A stretch of 64,000 nt of DNA from Camelus ferus (taxonomy: Eukaryota). How positions within the stretch are numbered: the first letter of the stretch is position 1; the number at the start of each line of letters is the position of its first letter. Positions 27,453 to 39,918 of this stretch are shown here, piece by piece. The notes under the pieces are model-generated. The model worked only from the letters and a program-made list of their open reading frames with translations, was not told the DNA's origin and did no database searches. The stretch is taken from the NCBI RefSeq assembly GCF_009834535.1, contig NC_045696.1, forward strand, positions 36,954,001 to 37,018,000, written 5' to 3'. The translations under genes were made by a program, and so were the position numbers.

Positions 27453-28157
27453 ACCCAGAATAGTTTTAGGTACCTAGTAGTCATCCAGTCAATATTTGCT
27501 AAGCGAATAAATGTAGATTGGTGGATAAAATGTGTAAAGTTCATGAAATTTCAGATTGCAGGGTAAGTTATGAATTTTGAGGAAGAACTACCACTATACA
27601 CACACATACTGACAATATATATTATCTAAATATGTGGGACTTAATAGAAGTCAAGTGGCAAGAAAGGGATGGAACAACTGTCTATGATTTCTGAGAGTCA
27701 TGTGGTTGATGGGGACACATCTATCACTGCTAGAACTAAAAGGGAGGCAAATTTTTATTAAGCACTGCTCTTTTACATATTGAGGTTTATAGCAACCATT
27801 TGAAATCATCTACACTAAAAATCTAGATACTTCCACTTATGGGAATATTGACCAATACTAGACATTACTGGTTCTTAAACTCACTGGTAGCAAGGTCACC
27901 TCCTTGTCAAGGTGTGGAAAGCAGAAAGTACCCAAAAGCTTTTGAACAAAGTCAGTTCTTCATTATTCCAGGTGGTCATGTTTCCAGAGCATGCTAGAAA
28001 AGTAGGTTAAAAAAGAGAGAGAGGGTAGATTGGATCAACACTAGGGAAACCCAAAGTAGGCAAATTTTATCATAAACAACCCCAGCATTTATGTCCAGGC
28101 CCAGCTGGGGGATTCTAACACACTTGAGAGCTCATAAACTTACACGTGATGTGTGAG

Positions 28158-28888
28158 TGAAACTGAGTCCCCCTAAAACGGAGCTCCCTTACTGAACTTA
28201 TGGTTAACCTCTCTATCCAAAACTTTATTCCCTTTCTTGTCCTGCCCCTGTTCTCCTCAGAACTGAGGAGTATCAAAAAGAAAGAAAAAAACAAAACAAA
28301 AACAAAAAACTGTGGGGCTTAAAACTGAGCAGGACCCTGCAGGGCCTTCCTAAGTACAAAAGCCCACCATGCCCCCCCTTTCTTGTTTGTAGAAGAAAAG
28401 GCTTTAGTCTCCTAGGCCTTCCCTTAGTTCCAAAGGGCAGGTTCAAACTGTTAATAGGACAGTAGAGTCGCAGGACACCGCGTTCCTCCTGAAGGAATAT
28501 AGATAGCAGTGTGATGCATATCATCGAGTTGTTCTAGAGAAAGCAAGACATTCCCACCACCACCCAGGTGGAGGATGGTGACTACATGCTGACCACAAGC
28601 AGTAGACCCCAGGCTGGTTGGAATGAGAAGGTTCAGATTCCTGAAACATCACCTTATTACCTCACCACCAACTAGTCAGAAGAAGGTCACGTATCCTGAG
28701 ACCCTCTACCCTAATGCTGTCTTTAAAAACTTTACCTGAAAGCCACTGGAGAGTTCAGGTTTTCTGAGCATGAGCTGCCCATCCTCTTTGCTTGGCACTC
28801 TGCAAATAAACCCTTCTTTTGCTGCGAACACCCACTGTCAGAGTTCGGCTCTCTCTGCTACAAGCCTGTGAACCCTTGCTCGGTAACA
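28158..28888 (+). mobile_element. ERV1-class solo LTR (731 bp), possibly composite
   Basis: TG...CA; perfect TSD tgag (28154-28157/28889-28892); ctttaaaaa TATA-like motif near 28720; AATAAA near 28805. Confidence 0.85.
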
Positions 28889-28926
28889 TGAGTAGTGTCA
28901 ACACAGTGCCAAGCTTAGTGTTTATT

Positions 28927-29082
28927 TTCTTTTTCTTTTTTTTAAATTGAAGTATAGTCAGTTACAATGTGTCAATCTCTGGTCTACAGCATAATGTCCC
29001 AGTCATGCATATACATACATATATTTGTTTTCATATTCTTTTTCATTAAAGGTTATTACAAGATATTGAACATAGTTCCCTG
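28927..29082 (-). mobile_element. Very short L1 3' end (156 bp)
   Basis: Perfect 17-bp TSD caagcttagtgtttatt (28910-28926/29083-29099); T-rich tail followed by L1 3'UTR. Confidence 0.95.
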
Positions 29083-30370
29083 CAAGCTTAGTGTTTATTG
29101 AAGTGAACTCAGTTGAATGTCTGCATCTTTCTCTCTTTCTAATTCCTTTTAACTGGTATCCTAAGGTTTTGTCTTTTATGCCAAACTCCACCATCAAAAT
29201 CTATTTTTTCTCTCTCTAAAAGATCAAATATCAATCACATATTTATTCTCCAATTGCATTTAAAGTCACTTTTGCTTTCTCTCTCAAGAATATTTGAAGT
29301 GTATACCTTATCTTCAATTGGGAATTGGTTCGGTCTCCGTTAAAAGAATGCCATGCTTCACAAAGCAGGCAAGCCAAAAAAAAAAAAACAAAAAAACCCT
29401 TCCTGTTTCGTAGCTAACTCCCTTTTATCTTTTAGAAGAAAGATCAAATATCACCTCTTCCAGTAAGTCTCCCTTGCCCTTTAGAGCAAGTTGATTGCTC
29501 TGATAAAAGTTTGTGTCATAATTTGAACTTTTCTTTCATATCTCTTACTAATTAGATTTCTGTACAGTTACTTTTTGTTCAGTGCCCATCTCCCCAATAT
29601 GCTGTAAGTTCCTTGTGGGATTTGGGGGGGCATCCTCATTTTCTTGCAACACTATCTTCAGTAAGTAACACAGTGCCAATCATATAGTTGGCATGTTACA
29701 AACATCTCTTCTGAATACACTAAAAATGAATATAATGTAGAAGCTCTAGGTCAAAAGTAAATTTAAGGGGTTTTATGGTCAAGAGAGCTGCTGTTCTCCT
29801 CTCACATTATTTAAAGAGTCATGTTCTCTGCTCAGCATAAGGCTTACGATCTTCCTGAGGACAAGGCTTGGGTGAGGGTAACGGTTATAGACGGGAGCTG
29901 GTGTTGTTCCACTTTGGCACAGAAGAAATTGGAACTTGAAGGTAATAAGGTGATAAGATTTAGGAGTTGGATAATAAGTCTAATAAGGATAAAGGAGTTT
30001 TGAAAATTTTCAAGAAGTGTTGGTATGATACTTATTTTACTTGTTTCCTAATTATCTATAATATAGTGTAGCCCAAATCTGAAAGATGCAGATAAACAGT
30101 TCTAAGTTATTAACAAGTTGGAATTATTTTATCTACATCTAAACAAATATTGTTACTCTGAAAAATGCGTCTTGTTCAGTGACAGGAAACTCAGCTCTAT
30201 TGTTCTGTTTTTATTTCACCACCTGTCTTGTTTTACATCTTTTAAATTATTCAGAATAGAAAACGTAAGGTGTTACTTGTTAAGTAACATCCACTGGGTT
30301 CTGATTTTCCTCTGTCTTATTAACATGTCACTCAAAATGGTGTCACCATAACATATTTAGATGCTGTCAC

Positions 30371-30986
30371 TGGTGCAGGAAAAACGGATGTGGGGCGTGA
30401 GGAGGGCCGTGTCCCAGGCTTCGGTTGAGCCCCTGGGACGTGCCCTGCCAAGTGTGGGTCCTTGGCTTTGTGCAGGAAAAAATTTAAGAGTGAGCCACAG
30501 TTGAGTAAAGGTAAATTTATTTAAAGAGATACATTGAAAGGCAAGAGAAAGGCCATGAGGTGTGGGGGTTTAAAGTAGGTAAACACTCCGTTGACAGAAT
30601 GTGGGCTGTCTCTGAAGGGAGAGAGAGAGGCAGCCAGGAGGGGCAGTGTTGCCTGTTTTTATGGGGTTTGGTAGCTTCATATGCAAATAAGTGGAAGGAC
30701 CAGTCTAACTTGTCTGGGGAAGGGGCTGGGAATCCCAAGAAGTCGGCCATTTCCCACTCTTTGACCTTTTGTGGCTAGCCTTGGGACTGTCATGGTGCCT
30801 GTGGGCATGTTATTCACCATGCTAATCTATTACAATAGGCATATAATGAAGCTAACAGTCTACAAGAAGTTACATCTCCCACCATCTTGAGCTTCAAGGC
30901 CAACTGGGGGTTGAATCTTTCACCATTTTGATGTTAATTGCTGTAGCATTCCTTGAATGGCTGTGCCCTGCCCCCTTCCTGTCTCA
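30371..30986 (-). mobile_element. ERV1-class solo LTR, copy B (616 bp)
   Basis: TG...CA; perfect TSD tcac (30367-30370/30987-30990); same family as 7691-8323. Confidence 0.92.
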
Positions 30987-31694
30987 TCACCACATCCTTC
31001 TAACGCATACACCATATACTATAAATGTTCTCTTGCTCTTCTCACTCTTTACCTTGTTCCCTTTCATCACATTCTTTTCAAGTTTCCGTGGGAAAGCTAA
31101 TAAAAAAAAAGGTAATGATGCATTTTCTAGATGTACCAGTTTAGTAATATTTTCACTGTGGGGTTTAATGCTGTGAGAGTTTTTACTTCATCACAGATGT
31201 GGACGTATCCTCTTTAACAGGAATAAGATAATGTTTTTTGTATGAGATTTTTAATTTTTTTTTCTTTTTTATGCACCTGAATTATTCGATCTAGCATTTA
31301 TATGAAACCGTTTGACTATAACCATTTCTGCCTTTTTGAAGTATGATATATGTTCTCACTAGTCTCAGCAGTTTTAATGGTTTGCTCCTATTATTCCTCT
31401 CATGTTAGGATATTGAAAATTTTTGATTAAATGCAAAAGAAAAAATTGAAGAAAATCTTGAGAATTGATTTTCTTGTGACAAAGTTGTAGGGATATGGCA
31501 GTAATATGCAGAAGCAATTAGTTTTAGGAAAAACTTAATCTCTACTAACACTGCTCTTCTAATAAGCACATACACACATCTACAAGGTAAAACTACATTA
31601 GAAATCAAAACAAAAATTAAGATTGCACTATGAGTCCATGACATGTTACTTTAAAAAAAAAAATGTGTTGCTTCTGTTTTTCCTCCCTACTTAC

Positions 31695-31722
31695 CCACCA
31701 AAGGAAAAAAACTGTCTGTTAT
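31695..31722 (-). other. Candidate 28-nt micro-exon
   Basis: Minus-strand acceptor gcctttcttttacAG and donor TGG|GTAAGT. Confidence 0.2.
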
Positions 31723-32219
31723 CTGTAAAAGAAAGGCATGTAAAATTATATTTTATAAATCTCTAAGTTCCCATGAAAAAACAAAAGGTAAATAAATCAA
31801 AGGAATAAGACAAAAGCAGATCAAAAATATCCTCATTTAATGAGCTATCTTAGAGAAATCTAAAAATATTTAATGTAGGTTAATAAAGGAAGATTACCTA
31901 CTTTTCTACATTTTTACTTGTGTGTAGAATTTTTTTCATTTTTTAACATTTAAAAATAAATTTGAATATTTGTCATTCCTTATTTTGTTTCATAAAACTA
32001 GCATCTTGTAAAAATCAGCAGAAGCAGAGTTCATTTGAGTCTTCAGTTAAACAGCAGCAGAACCCAGTTGCTTTCCAGTTGAGCCCCAGCCATTTTGCAG
32101 TTGAAATATCACAGAAGATTCTTTCCTGTGTCTGCCACCACCAATTGAAGCACAACAGAGAAAATAGAGGTTAATCAGTTTCTCTGTGCAGGTCCTTTCA
32201 AAGGAAGGTTTAGTCCAGG

Positions 32220-32960
32220 CAAAGGTTTCCTAGATTGTGTTCCACAAATCCCAATTTCTTAGACCTTAAAATGTGTTACCTCATTGAAAACTCTTACGTG
32301 GTTAAGATTGGAAAACACTGAGTTAAACAAAGCAACTATTCTTTTACTGTGAAGGAAAAACCAGGCTGGTCTAACAAGGTCTAGGAATGTGAAGGAGAGG
32401 CTGTGCTGGGCTAACAAGATAACTCACAAATCTAAGTATTGGAATACTGATCTGAGTTCTGCTGGACTAACTTGTAAATCTAGGTTAATTAGTTTTGGTT
32501 TGCTGTTCATGTTTTTTTGCTAGCCAGCTGGATTTTCAAAGATATATATCTGGCTTTGGAATGTTGGTTTGCTGCCTCCCTGCCTCCACTTTTGTGATGA
32601 TAATGCTGCTAAAGCTGTTCCATGCCTATTGGCCAAATACCCCAGGCTTGTACTTTACCCTATAAAACCTCATGCGCACACCTTGGAGGGGCTCAGAGCT
32701 TCAGAGCAGAAGCCCCTCTGAGCCCGCCGGCGTAATACATCTGAGTACTCCAACCCTCCGAGTGGTGCTTATTTCTTGGCTGGCCTGTCGTTTCCATAAC
32801 ATTACTACAAGATTTTTCTGAGATTTTGCTATGTTGATGGTCATTATAAAGTGTAAAGAGAGAATTTATTATGTAATACTTAATAAATAATTTGAAAACA
32901 GTGTGCTTTTTAATGGGTATTGCTAATTAGTCCCTCCCTGCCCCCAGAACATTTAAGAAA
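32220..32960. mobile_element. MER103-like hAT-Charlie remnant split by the LTR at 32348
   Basis: gtttcctagattgtgttccac and ggaaaacactgagttaaacaaag...ttac|[LTR]|tacaagatttttctgaga. Confidence 0.5.
32348..32801 (+). mobile_element. Young ERV solo LTR (454 bp)
   Basis: TG...CA; perfect TSD ttac (32344-32347/32802-32805); inverted CCAAT 32628-32632; TATAAAA 32661-32667; CpGs retained (gcccgccggcg). Confidence 0.9.
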
Positions 32961-33789
32961 ATAATTATTTTAGATAATAGGCTTTAATTCAGTTCTAGTA
33001 AAGATACTATTTTTTTGGTAGAGAAGAACTTATTGTCTTGGATTTTTCCATCAACAAGGTGACAAGCTATGTAATAAAAGTTAATAGTTTCCAAGGACAT
33101 CTCAAGTAGAGATGCTGTTTAGGAGAGTTTAAAAATCAGAAACATTTGTGCTGTTGATGTGGATTTGAGATCCATTAAGCTTATTAATAGTTATTAACTA
33201 TACAGGAAATTATTAGATATTGGGCCTGGGGGACAAGAACATAAATATAAGAGAATGCTTGAGAACCCCAATGTGTAAGAAACATATGAAAAAGAGATGT
33301 CAAAGGGAATATGAAAAGGCAAGAGTCAGACAGGTAGAGGAGAAGAATAAATATCAGGAAAAGATAATTCCTAGTAATAAATAATAATATTGTATTCTAG
33401 GTAGCAGCTTGATAAATGTTGACACAGAGGAAGTCAAATGACAAAAAGAACCCAAGCAGATATTTAAAGTATCACTGAATTATAAGAATTTTTGCACACT
33501 TAACATTTATGATTTTTCTAGAATCTTTCCTAATTTATCAGAACAAATTTATCAGAGTAAATCAAAGTTAAATAACATATGAGTTCTTGTCTACACCACT
33601 TCTGTGTGTGTGTGTCTGTGTGCATAAAATATGCTTGTAAATGCATTAAACTACTTTTAATAATCAATTTATACAGAAGTCAGATTCTGTTATAATCAGA
33701 GTCAATTATTATGCTATGGTAGTTAGCAGTAGCAAAGGATGTGTTTATAAAATATTAAAGTTCTCCCAGGGATTTATACTATATTCATT

Positions 33790-35150
33790 AATTTTTTAAA
33801 CTTATAATTTAGAAAAAGATTATACATTTGTAAAATACACAAAATAATATAACAAATCTACATGAACTTATCATAAAATGTCAACAATTATTAAGTCATA
33901 TTTTATCTGCAATGTTTTAGAACATATATTTACAATAAGAATTCTACTTTTAAAAAATGAGCTATCATATTATTGCCCTTAAAAATTGAGATTTTTAAAA
34001 CAGTTCAGCACTAATTGGATACTTAACATGAAATCTTAGCTCTTTCAACATTTTGACATATAGTTCAACTTAATATCCTCAAATATCTAGTTGGTGCTCA
34101 AACTTAATTATTTTATAAACGTGTACATGTGTGCTTTTTATTTGCTATGTATATTTATTTATGATTTAGAATTGTTTGTTTGAATCAGCATCCCATAGAC
34201 TTTAAACATGGTAATTCGTCAATATATCTCTGAAATTTATTTTATTCTATGGATTCTTGATAAATTTTGTTCCCTTTGAACATTTTGTTAAAGAAGTTGG
34301 GTCATATTTTTTGTGCAGTCCTCACAATCTGAATTTTTAAAAATTTCGTTCTGATCTTTTAATTTAACTCATTCTTATATCTCCATATTTCATATACATT
34401 TTATATGTTTTCACACATTTTTATATAAGAATGTATTTCACACTTTTCCTTGTATATTGGTATTTAGACCTGCTATATTGCCTGTGCATTGCTACTTTGA
34501 TGTACTTTTTTTTTCTTTTTTTCAATTTTTGATCAATAGTAATTGTAGGCGATAGTAATTCTCTTATGAGCTACATAGTAATTGATTGAGTCTCTTTTGA
34601 GACACAGTCAGCCCCCTCTATGCCCAGGTTCCACATTTGTGGATTCAACCAACTGAGAACTGAAAATATTTGAAAAATATTCCAGAAAGTTCCAGAAAGA
34701 AAAATTTGAATTTGCTATGCACAAGAAACAATTTACATAGCATTTATATTGTATTTACAGCTATTTACATAGTATTTACATTATATTAGGTATAATAAGT
34801 AATCTTGAGATGATTTAAAGTATATGAGAGAATATGCTTAGGTTATATGCAAAAACTATACCATTTTATATAAGGGACCTGAGCATCCATGGATTTTGGT
34901 ATCCATGGGAGTCCTGGAACCAATCTCCCTTTGATACCAAGGGACAACTGTGTTAACAGACCCTGATTATCATTAAATCTGTTGGTTAAAGTATTCCAAA
35001 GTAGTGACATTCTTCTAGTTTTCTATCTCCTACTTTAGTGAAAAACTAGAATCATCCTATAGAAAGAAACTTCTCCGTATCAACAACTTGGCTACTTTAA
35101 AACACAGGTTATTGAGGGAGAGCAGGATAAATACTAAATTTTTCAACCTA
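33790..35150 (-). mobile_element. Old L1ME/MC-type 3' region, interrupted by MER2
   Basis: Decayed L1 3'-end-like text; boundaries uncertain. Confidence 0.45.
34605..34950. mobile_element. MER2/Tigger3-like TcMar-Tigger element (346 bp)
   Basis: cagtc.../...caactg terminal inverted repeats; tggattcaaccaac; ataccattttatataagggac.tgagcatccatggattttggtatcc. Confidence 0.9.
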
Positions 35151-35159
35151 CTTATTAGT

Positions 35160-38100
35160 TTTTTAAAATGACCTTTTTTGTAAAACAATCTTAGATTGAC
35201 AGAAAATTTACAAAGATAATATAGAGACTTTCCTCAATTAAACTGAAACCCAGTTTTGCCTTTTATTAACATCTAACATTAGTAATAGTTACAACTGATC
35301 AATCAATATTGATATATTATTATTAGCTAAATTGTATACTTTATTCAGATTTCCTTAGTTTTTCCTCAGTCCTTTTTGTGTTTCAGGATCCCATCCAGGT
35401 TACCATACCATCTTTAATCACCATGTCTCTAGGTTTGACTTGGTTGTGACAGTTTCTCAGAATGAGCTTACGTGCTGACATTGATGACCTTGACAGCTTT
35501 GAGGAGTACTGATCAGGTATTTTTCGGATGCTTGTCATGATTAGATTGAGGTTACGGGTTTTTGAAAGATAGGCCACAGAGGAAAAGTACCTTTCATCAC
35601 ATCCTATCAATGGCACATACTTTCAACATGACTTGTCACTGCTGATGTTGACATTGATCACCTTGCTGTGGTTGTATTTGTCAGGTTCCTTTACTGTAAA
35701 GTTGTTCTTTGTATTCCCCCTTTACAGTGCTCCGAGAGAGAAATCGCTCTACTCAGCTCATACCTAGAATGTGGAGTAGTACTCCATGTCCTTGAGGGTG
35801 AGATATTTACATAGGTTACTTGAAATTCTTCTCAAGGGGTTTGTCTCTTCTCTCATCTTATGTATTTATGCAGTCATTTCTTTCAATCAGTATAGACTCG
35901 TGGATATTTATTATTTGGATTATAATGCAATACTTTTAAATTTATTTACTTATGTAAATTAATCAGCTTTGACCTTGGAGGGCTCCCTTATTTGGCTCTG
36001 TGTCCCTTTACTGTAGCACTATCAAAGAGTGTGTGTGGAAGTGCTTTTGCACTTCTTTCCTTTCTAGGTATTGAGTTTCATCTTATATTTTTCCTGCCCC
36101 AGTTCTAAAATCAGTCATTTCTCCAACAAGCCTAGGTCTCTTGTATTAGAATATGGTAATAGAAACAAAGTTCTGGGTACTAGGTAGGTTCATTGTTACA
36201 GGTGTCTTTGTTTCTTAGGCCTTGCAGATGACATAGTTAAGAAATACATGTGCATATAACAAACTACTTATATTCACACATCTATAAATATTTCTGTAAG
36301 TATCTAAATCTCTGTTAAGCTAAACAAGAGTTCACACTGTCTCTAACTTGAATCCATCACCACATGGTTCACTCTTAATCCTCTCACTGCTCTCGGTAAA
36401 TTTCCAGTCCAGTAGTGAACACTTGGTTCTCAGCATCTGCCATACATTTGCTTGTTTTATTCAGTTCTGATATTTATGTACATTAGTATCAGAGTTGTTA
36501 GCCTGAACTCAGTTTAACAACTAGAGCCTAGCACTCATACACAGGTTTTTTTTTACTATTGTTTACACACTGTGTTTATTTCTCAAGTCACTCAGGTCAG
36601 CACTTCTCTCCCCACCCACCGCTGTTAGCGAGGTCATTTCATTCATTTAAAATACAGTTAGATTTCATCGTCACATTCTGCATTCCATTTGGGTATTCCC
36701 CTCTTACATTATTTCTGCTGAAGTTTTCATACAATACAATCCACTTTTTGTGCTATAGTGTTAATGGGTTTTGATAAACAACATAGTGTCATGTATCCAC
36801 CATCACAGTGCCACGGAGGATAATTTCAGCACCCTAAAAATTCTCCTGTGCTTCACCTATTCAGGCTTCAACTCTCTTATCCCTAAACCTTGGGTAACCA
36901 CTCTCTTTTTATTCTTATTTTTGATTTGCCTGTTCCAGAATGTCATATACTTGGGATCATACAGTGTATAATTTTTCCAGATTGCCTTCTTTCACTTTTC
37001 AATAGCCATTAAAGATTCAGCCATGTATTTTCATGGCTTGATAGTTCGTTTTTGTTTTTCATTGAACAATAGTCTATTTATTGAAGACATACCTCAGTTC
37101 GTTTAACCACTTGCTTATTGAAGGGCATCGTGCTTGCTTGCAGTCCATGGGGATTAAAAATAAAGACGCTATAAACATTTGTGTGCAGATTTTTGTGTGG
37201 ATGCAAGTTTTCAAAACAGTTGTATAAATACTTAGGAGGATTGCATGGTAAGACTACACCCAGCTCTGTAATAAACTGTCCAACTATCATCAAAAGTGGC
37301 TTACCACTTTGCATTTTTATTAACAATGAAAGAGATTTTTTGTGCCACGTCCTCACTAGCTATTGATATATTCATGTTTTATCTTAATTTTTGTATTTAA
37401 CCATTCTAATAGATTTGTAGTGATATCTTATTCTTTTATTTGCAATTCCCTCATGATAAATGATGTCAATCATCTCTTCATATGTTTATTTGCCATTTAT
37501 GTATCTTATGCAGTGAAGTATCTGTTAGATCTTTTGTCTATTTTTTTAATTGAGTTGATTTTTTTTTACTGTAGAGTTTTTTTTAAGTTTCAAAAGTTCT
37601 TTCTAGATTTTGAATACAACTACTTTATCTGAAATGTGTTTTGTTGCAAATATTTTCTTGCAGACTGTGACTTGTTACTATATTTTAACAGTGTATTTTT
37701 GACAGCAGAAGTCTTTAATTTTAATGTCAACTTATTTAAGAACTTATTTCTACTTAAAAACTCATTGCTAAACTGAAAACCACCTAGGTTTTTTTCCTAT
37801 GTTTTCTTCTAGAAATTTACAGTTTTGTGCCTTACATTTAGTTTTATAATCCATTTTGAATTACTTTTTGTGAAAAGTGTATGTTAGGTGTCTAGGTTCA
37901 TTTTTTTTTAACATATGATCGCCCAGGTGTTCAAGCACCACTTGTTGGAAAGATCATCCTTTCTGCACTGAATTGCCTTTGAGCCTCTCCCCAAGTCCAC
38001 TTGACTATATTCTTGTGGGTCTATTTCTGGCTCTGTATTCTGTTTCTCTGATACATATGTTGACTCTTTCAAAAGCAGTATGCTGTCTTGATTGTTGCAA

Positions 38101-38180
38101 CTTTCCAGTAAATTTTATATGCAGTACATGAGTCCACCAACTTTTCTTTTTCAATATTGTGTTGGCTTTTCTAGGTCTTT
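35160..38180 (-). mobile_element. Old L1MC-like element (long 3'UTR into ORF2)
   Basis: Continuous L1-like text from ttagattgacagaaaatttacaaagataa through decayed ORF2 (ccattctaatag, gcaccacttgttggaaaga). Confidence 0.8.
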
Positions 38181-38882
38181 TAGGGGAAAAGCTTGAGTGA
38201 TGGGTGAGAGTGACAGTGGGCCACTCTGTAAATTAGCAAAGGATGCAAAATGACCTAAGGAATAATCCACGTATGTGCTACACTTTCAAACAAGATTCTG
38301 AGAGTACTTAGGTCATATCCTGATAATTGGTTAAATAAAGAAGGTATACCTGTAACTTAAGTAATTTGAAAATAAATTTACCCTCATGATCTCACTGCAG
38401 TTAAAGAAGAATACCCTTGTACTTCTGATGTTTAACTGTGATTTTGGGAAATTGCCTCAAACATTGTGTCAGAAGAGATGACTAAATAAAAGAAAAGGGA
38501 ACTCATGAAACCAGAGGTTTAAACTTGAAAGGAAAGGGAATCCTATATATTTTAGCATAATAACAGGCAAATGTTCCTCACACAGGCACAAAAAGAAATC
38601 TAGCAAATACAATTTATTTGGAGGCTTTTCCCTGGGGAGGGTTAATATCAAAAGTATTTTTAGAAACCAGTTCAACATAGACATTGACCAACCAAAGCAT
38701 GTCTAAATACTGAGACTGCCTCCAGTGGCTCATACTTGCTGTATATACTTGCTGTCCATCTCACAGATCTTGAGAGCGGGGAATTCCAGTTCCCTTCCAA
38801 CTAACCAGAGCCATGTTGCTAGTAACTTAATTGCCTTTCGGTGCCAAACCGAATAGAGACTCCCTTGAAATCTGATCTTACA
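38181..38882 (+). mobile_element. Possible LTR abutting the L1MC
   Basis: Abrupt change from L1 text; ends ...tcggtgccaaaccg...cttaca; no TSD found. Confidence 0.35.
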
Positions 38883-39918
38883 TATCTCTGACTTTAAAAT
38901 GATTTTTCTAAGTAACTTAGGTTTAGTTTTCCAGAAAGCAGAACTAATGGATGTACTTTGTGTTCACTGAGTTTCTTTTCACTAGATAAGAACTTAAAAG
39001 GAATTTCTGTCAAAGGGGAAAAAAATGATTTACTTCATTTCATGTGACGGTTTCATCCATCATAAAATTAGCTTGCAGTAATTCAGCTCTTAAAAGGGTC
39101 TTTTTAAAGAATCTTGGTAATTGACAAGACTATTTTTTACAGTTTTGTTTCTTTAAGAATTACACTGATTTGTTAGCTCTTCTCTGAATAGCTCAGGCAA
39201 TTTGAAAAGAGCTAAATACATAATGATAAATTCAACTTGTATGGGATGAATAACACCCTAATTCTCAAGGATAAAAAAAGGTTTTGAGTTGTAAAAATTG
39301 TAGCTGATACTGACTATAAATCTAAGCTTCTGATAGTGTTATTTCAGGGATAGTATGGCATCATTAAGGGGGCGTTTTTAAGCAGATCAGAGATAAAACC
39401 CTACTTCTAAACAAAGCAGAATTTATTAAGCATTTACAACATGCATATTATTGTGATAGATATGATAGGTGCTGTGGAGATTATAACAGAAGAAAGAATG
39501 CCCGTAGAAATCTCACAGTCACAGTCAAATCTAAATGGATATAAAAATTCTGCGTGCAGTAAATGACTGTGTAACTTATTTAAAGGGAAAAAATGATCTC
39601 TGAAGTTGTGGTACCATTTAATTACAAACAAAACTAAATTAAGAACAACTAAATCAACAAAAACATGTCTGTAATTCTGAGAGATTTTACCATTTTCTTT
39701 AGATATTTTGAGGGGCTGCATAATCTGTTTAAGGATGAGGGTGTAACAGGGAACCAACATACAATTCTCTACTTAAATATTTTAGACACTGTTGAAAAAC
39801 AACTGTGTGGGGAAAGAAAAACACTTCTTCCCGAGGCACAAAGTTGAACGGAAGCTGGCTGGAGGGTGCCTTCTTGTAATGGAGCTCTTCAGTTTACTTA
39901 TACAGACTTTCTACTTAC

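Larger units (their letters stand above)
24880..27525 (+). mobile_element. L2 remnant hosting the L1 (25081) and the MER21-like LTR (26645)
   Basis: L2-like text at 24880-25066 and 26300-26640, and the L2 tail ...aatatttgctaagcgaataaatg at 27453-27520. Confidence 0.55.

Noticed and set aside
7691..30986. A full provirus bounded by the two similar LTRs
   Set aside because: Each LTR has its own TSD, the spacing is 22.7 kb, and there is no PBS, gag, pol or env in between.
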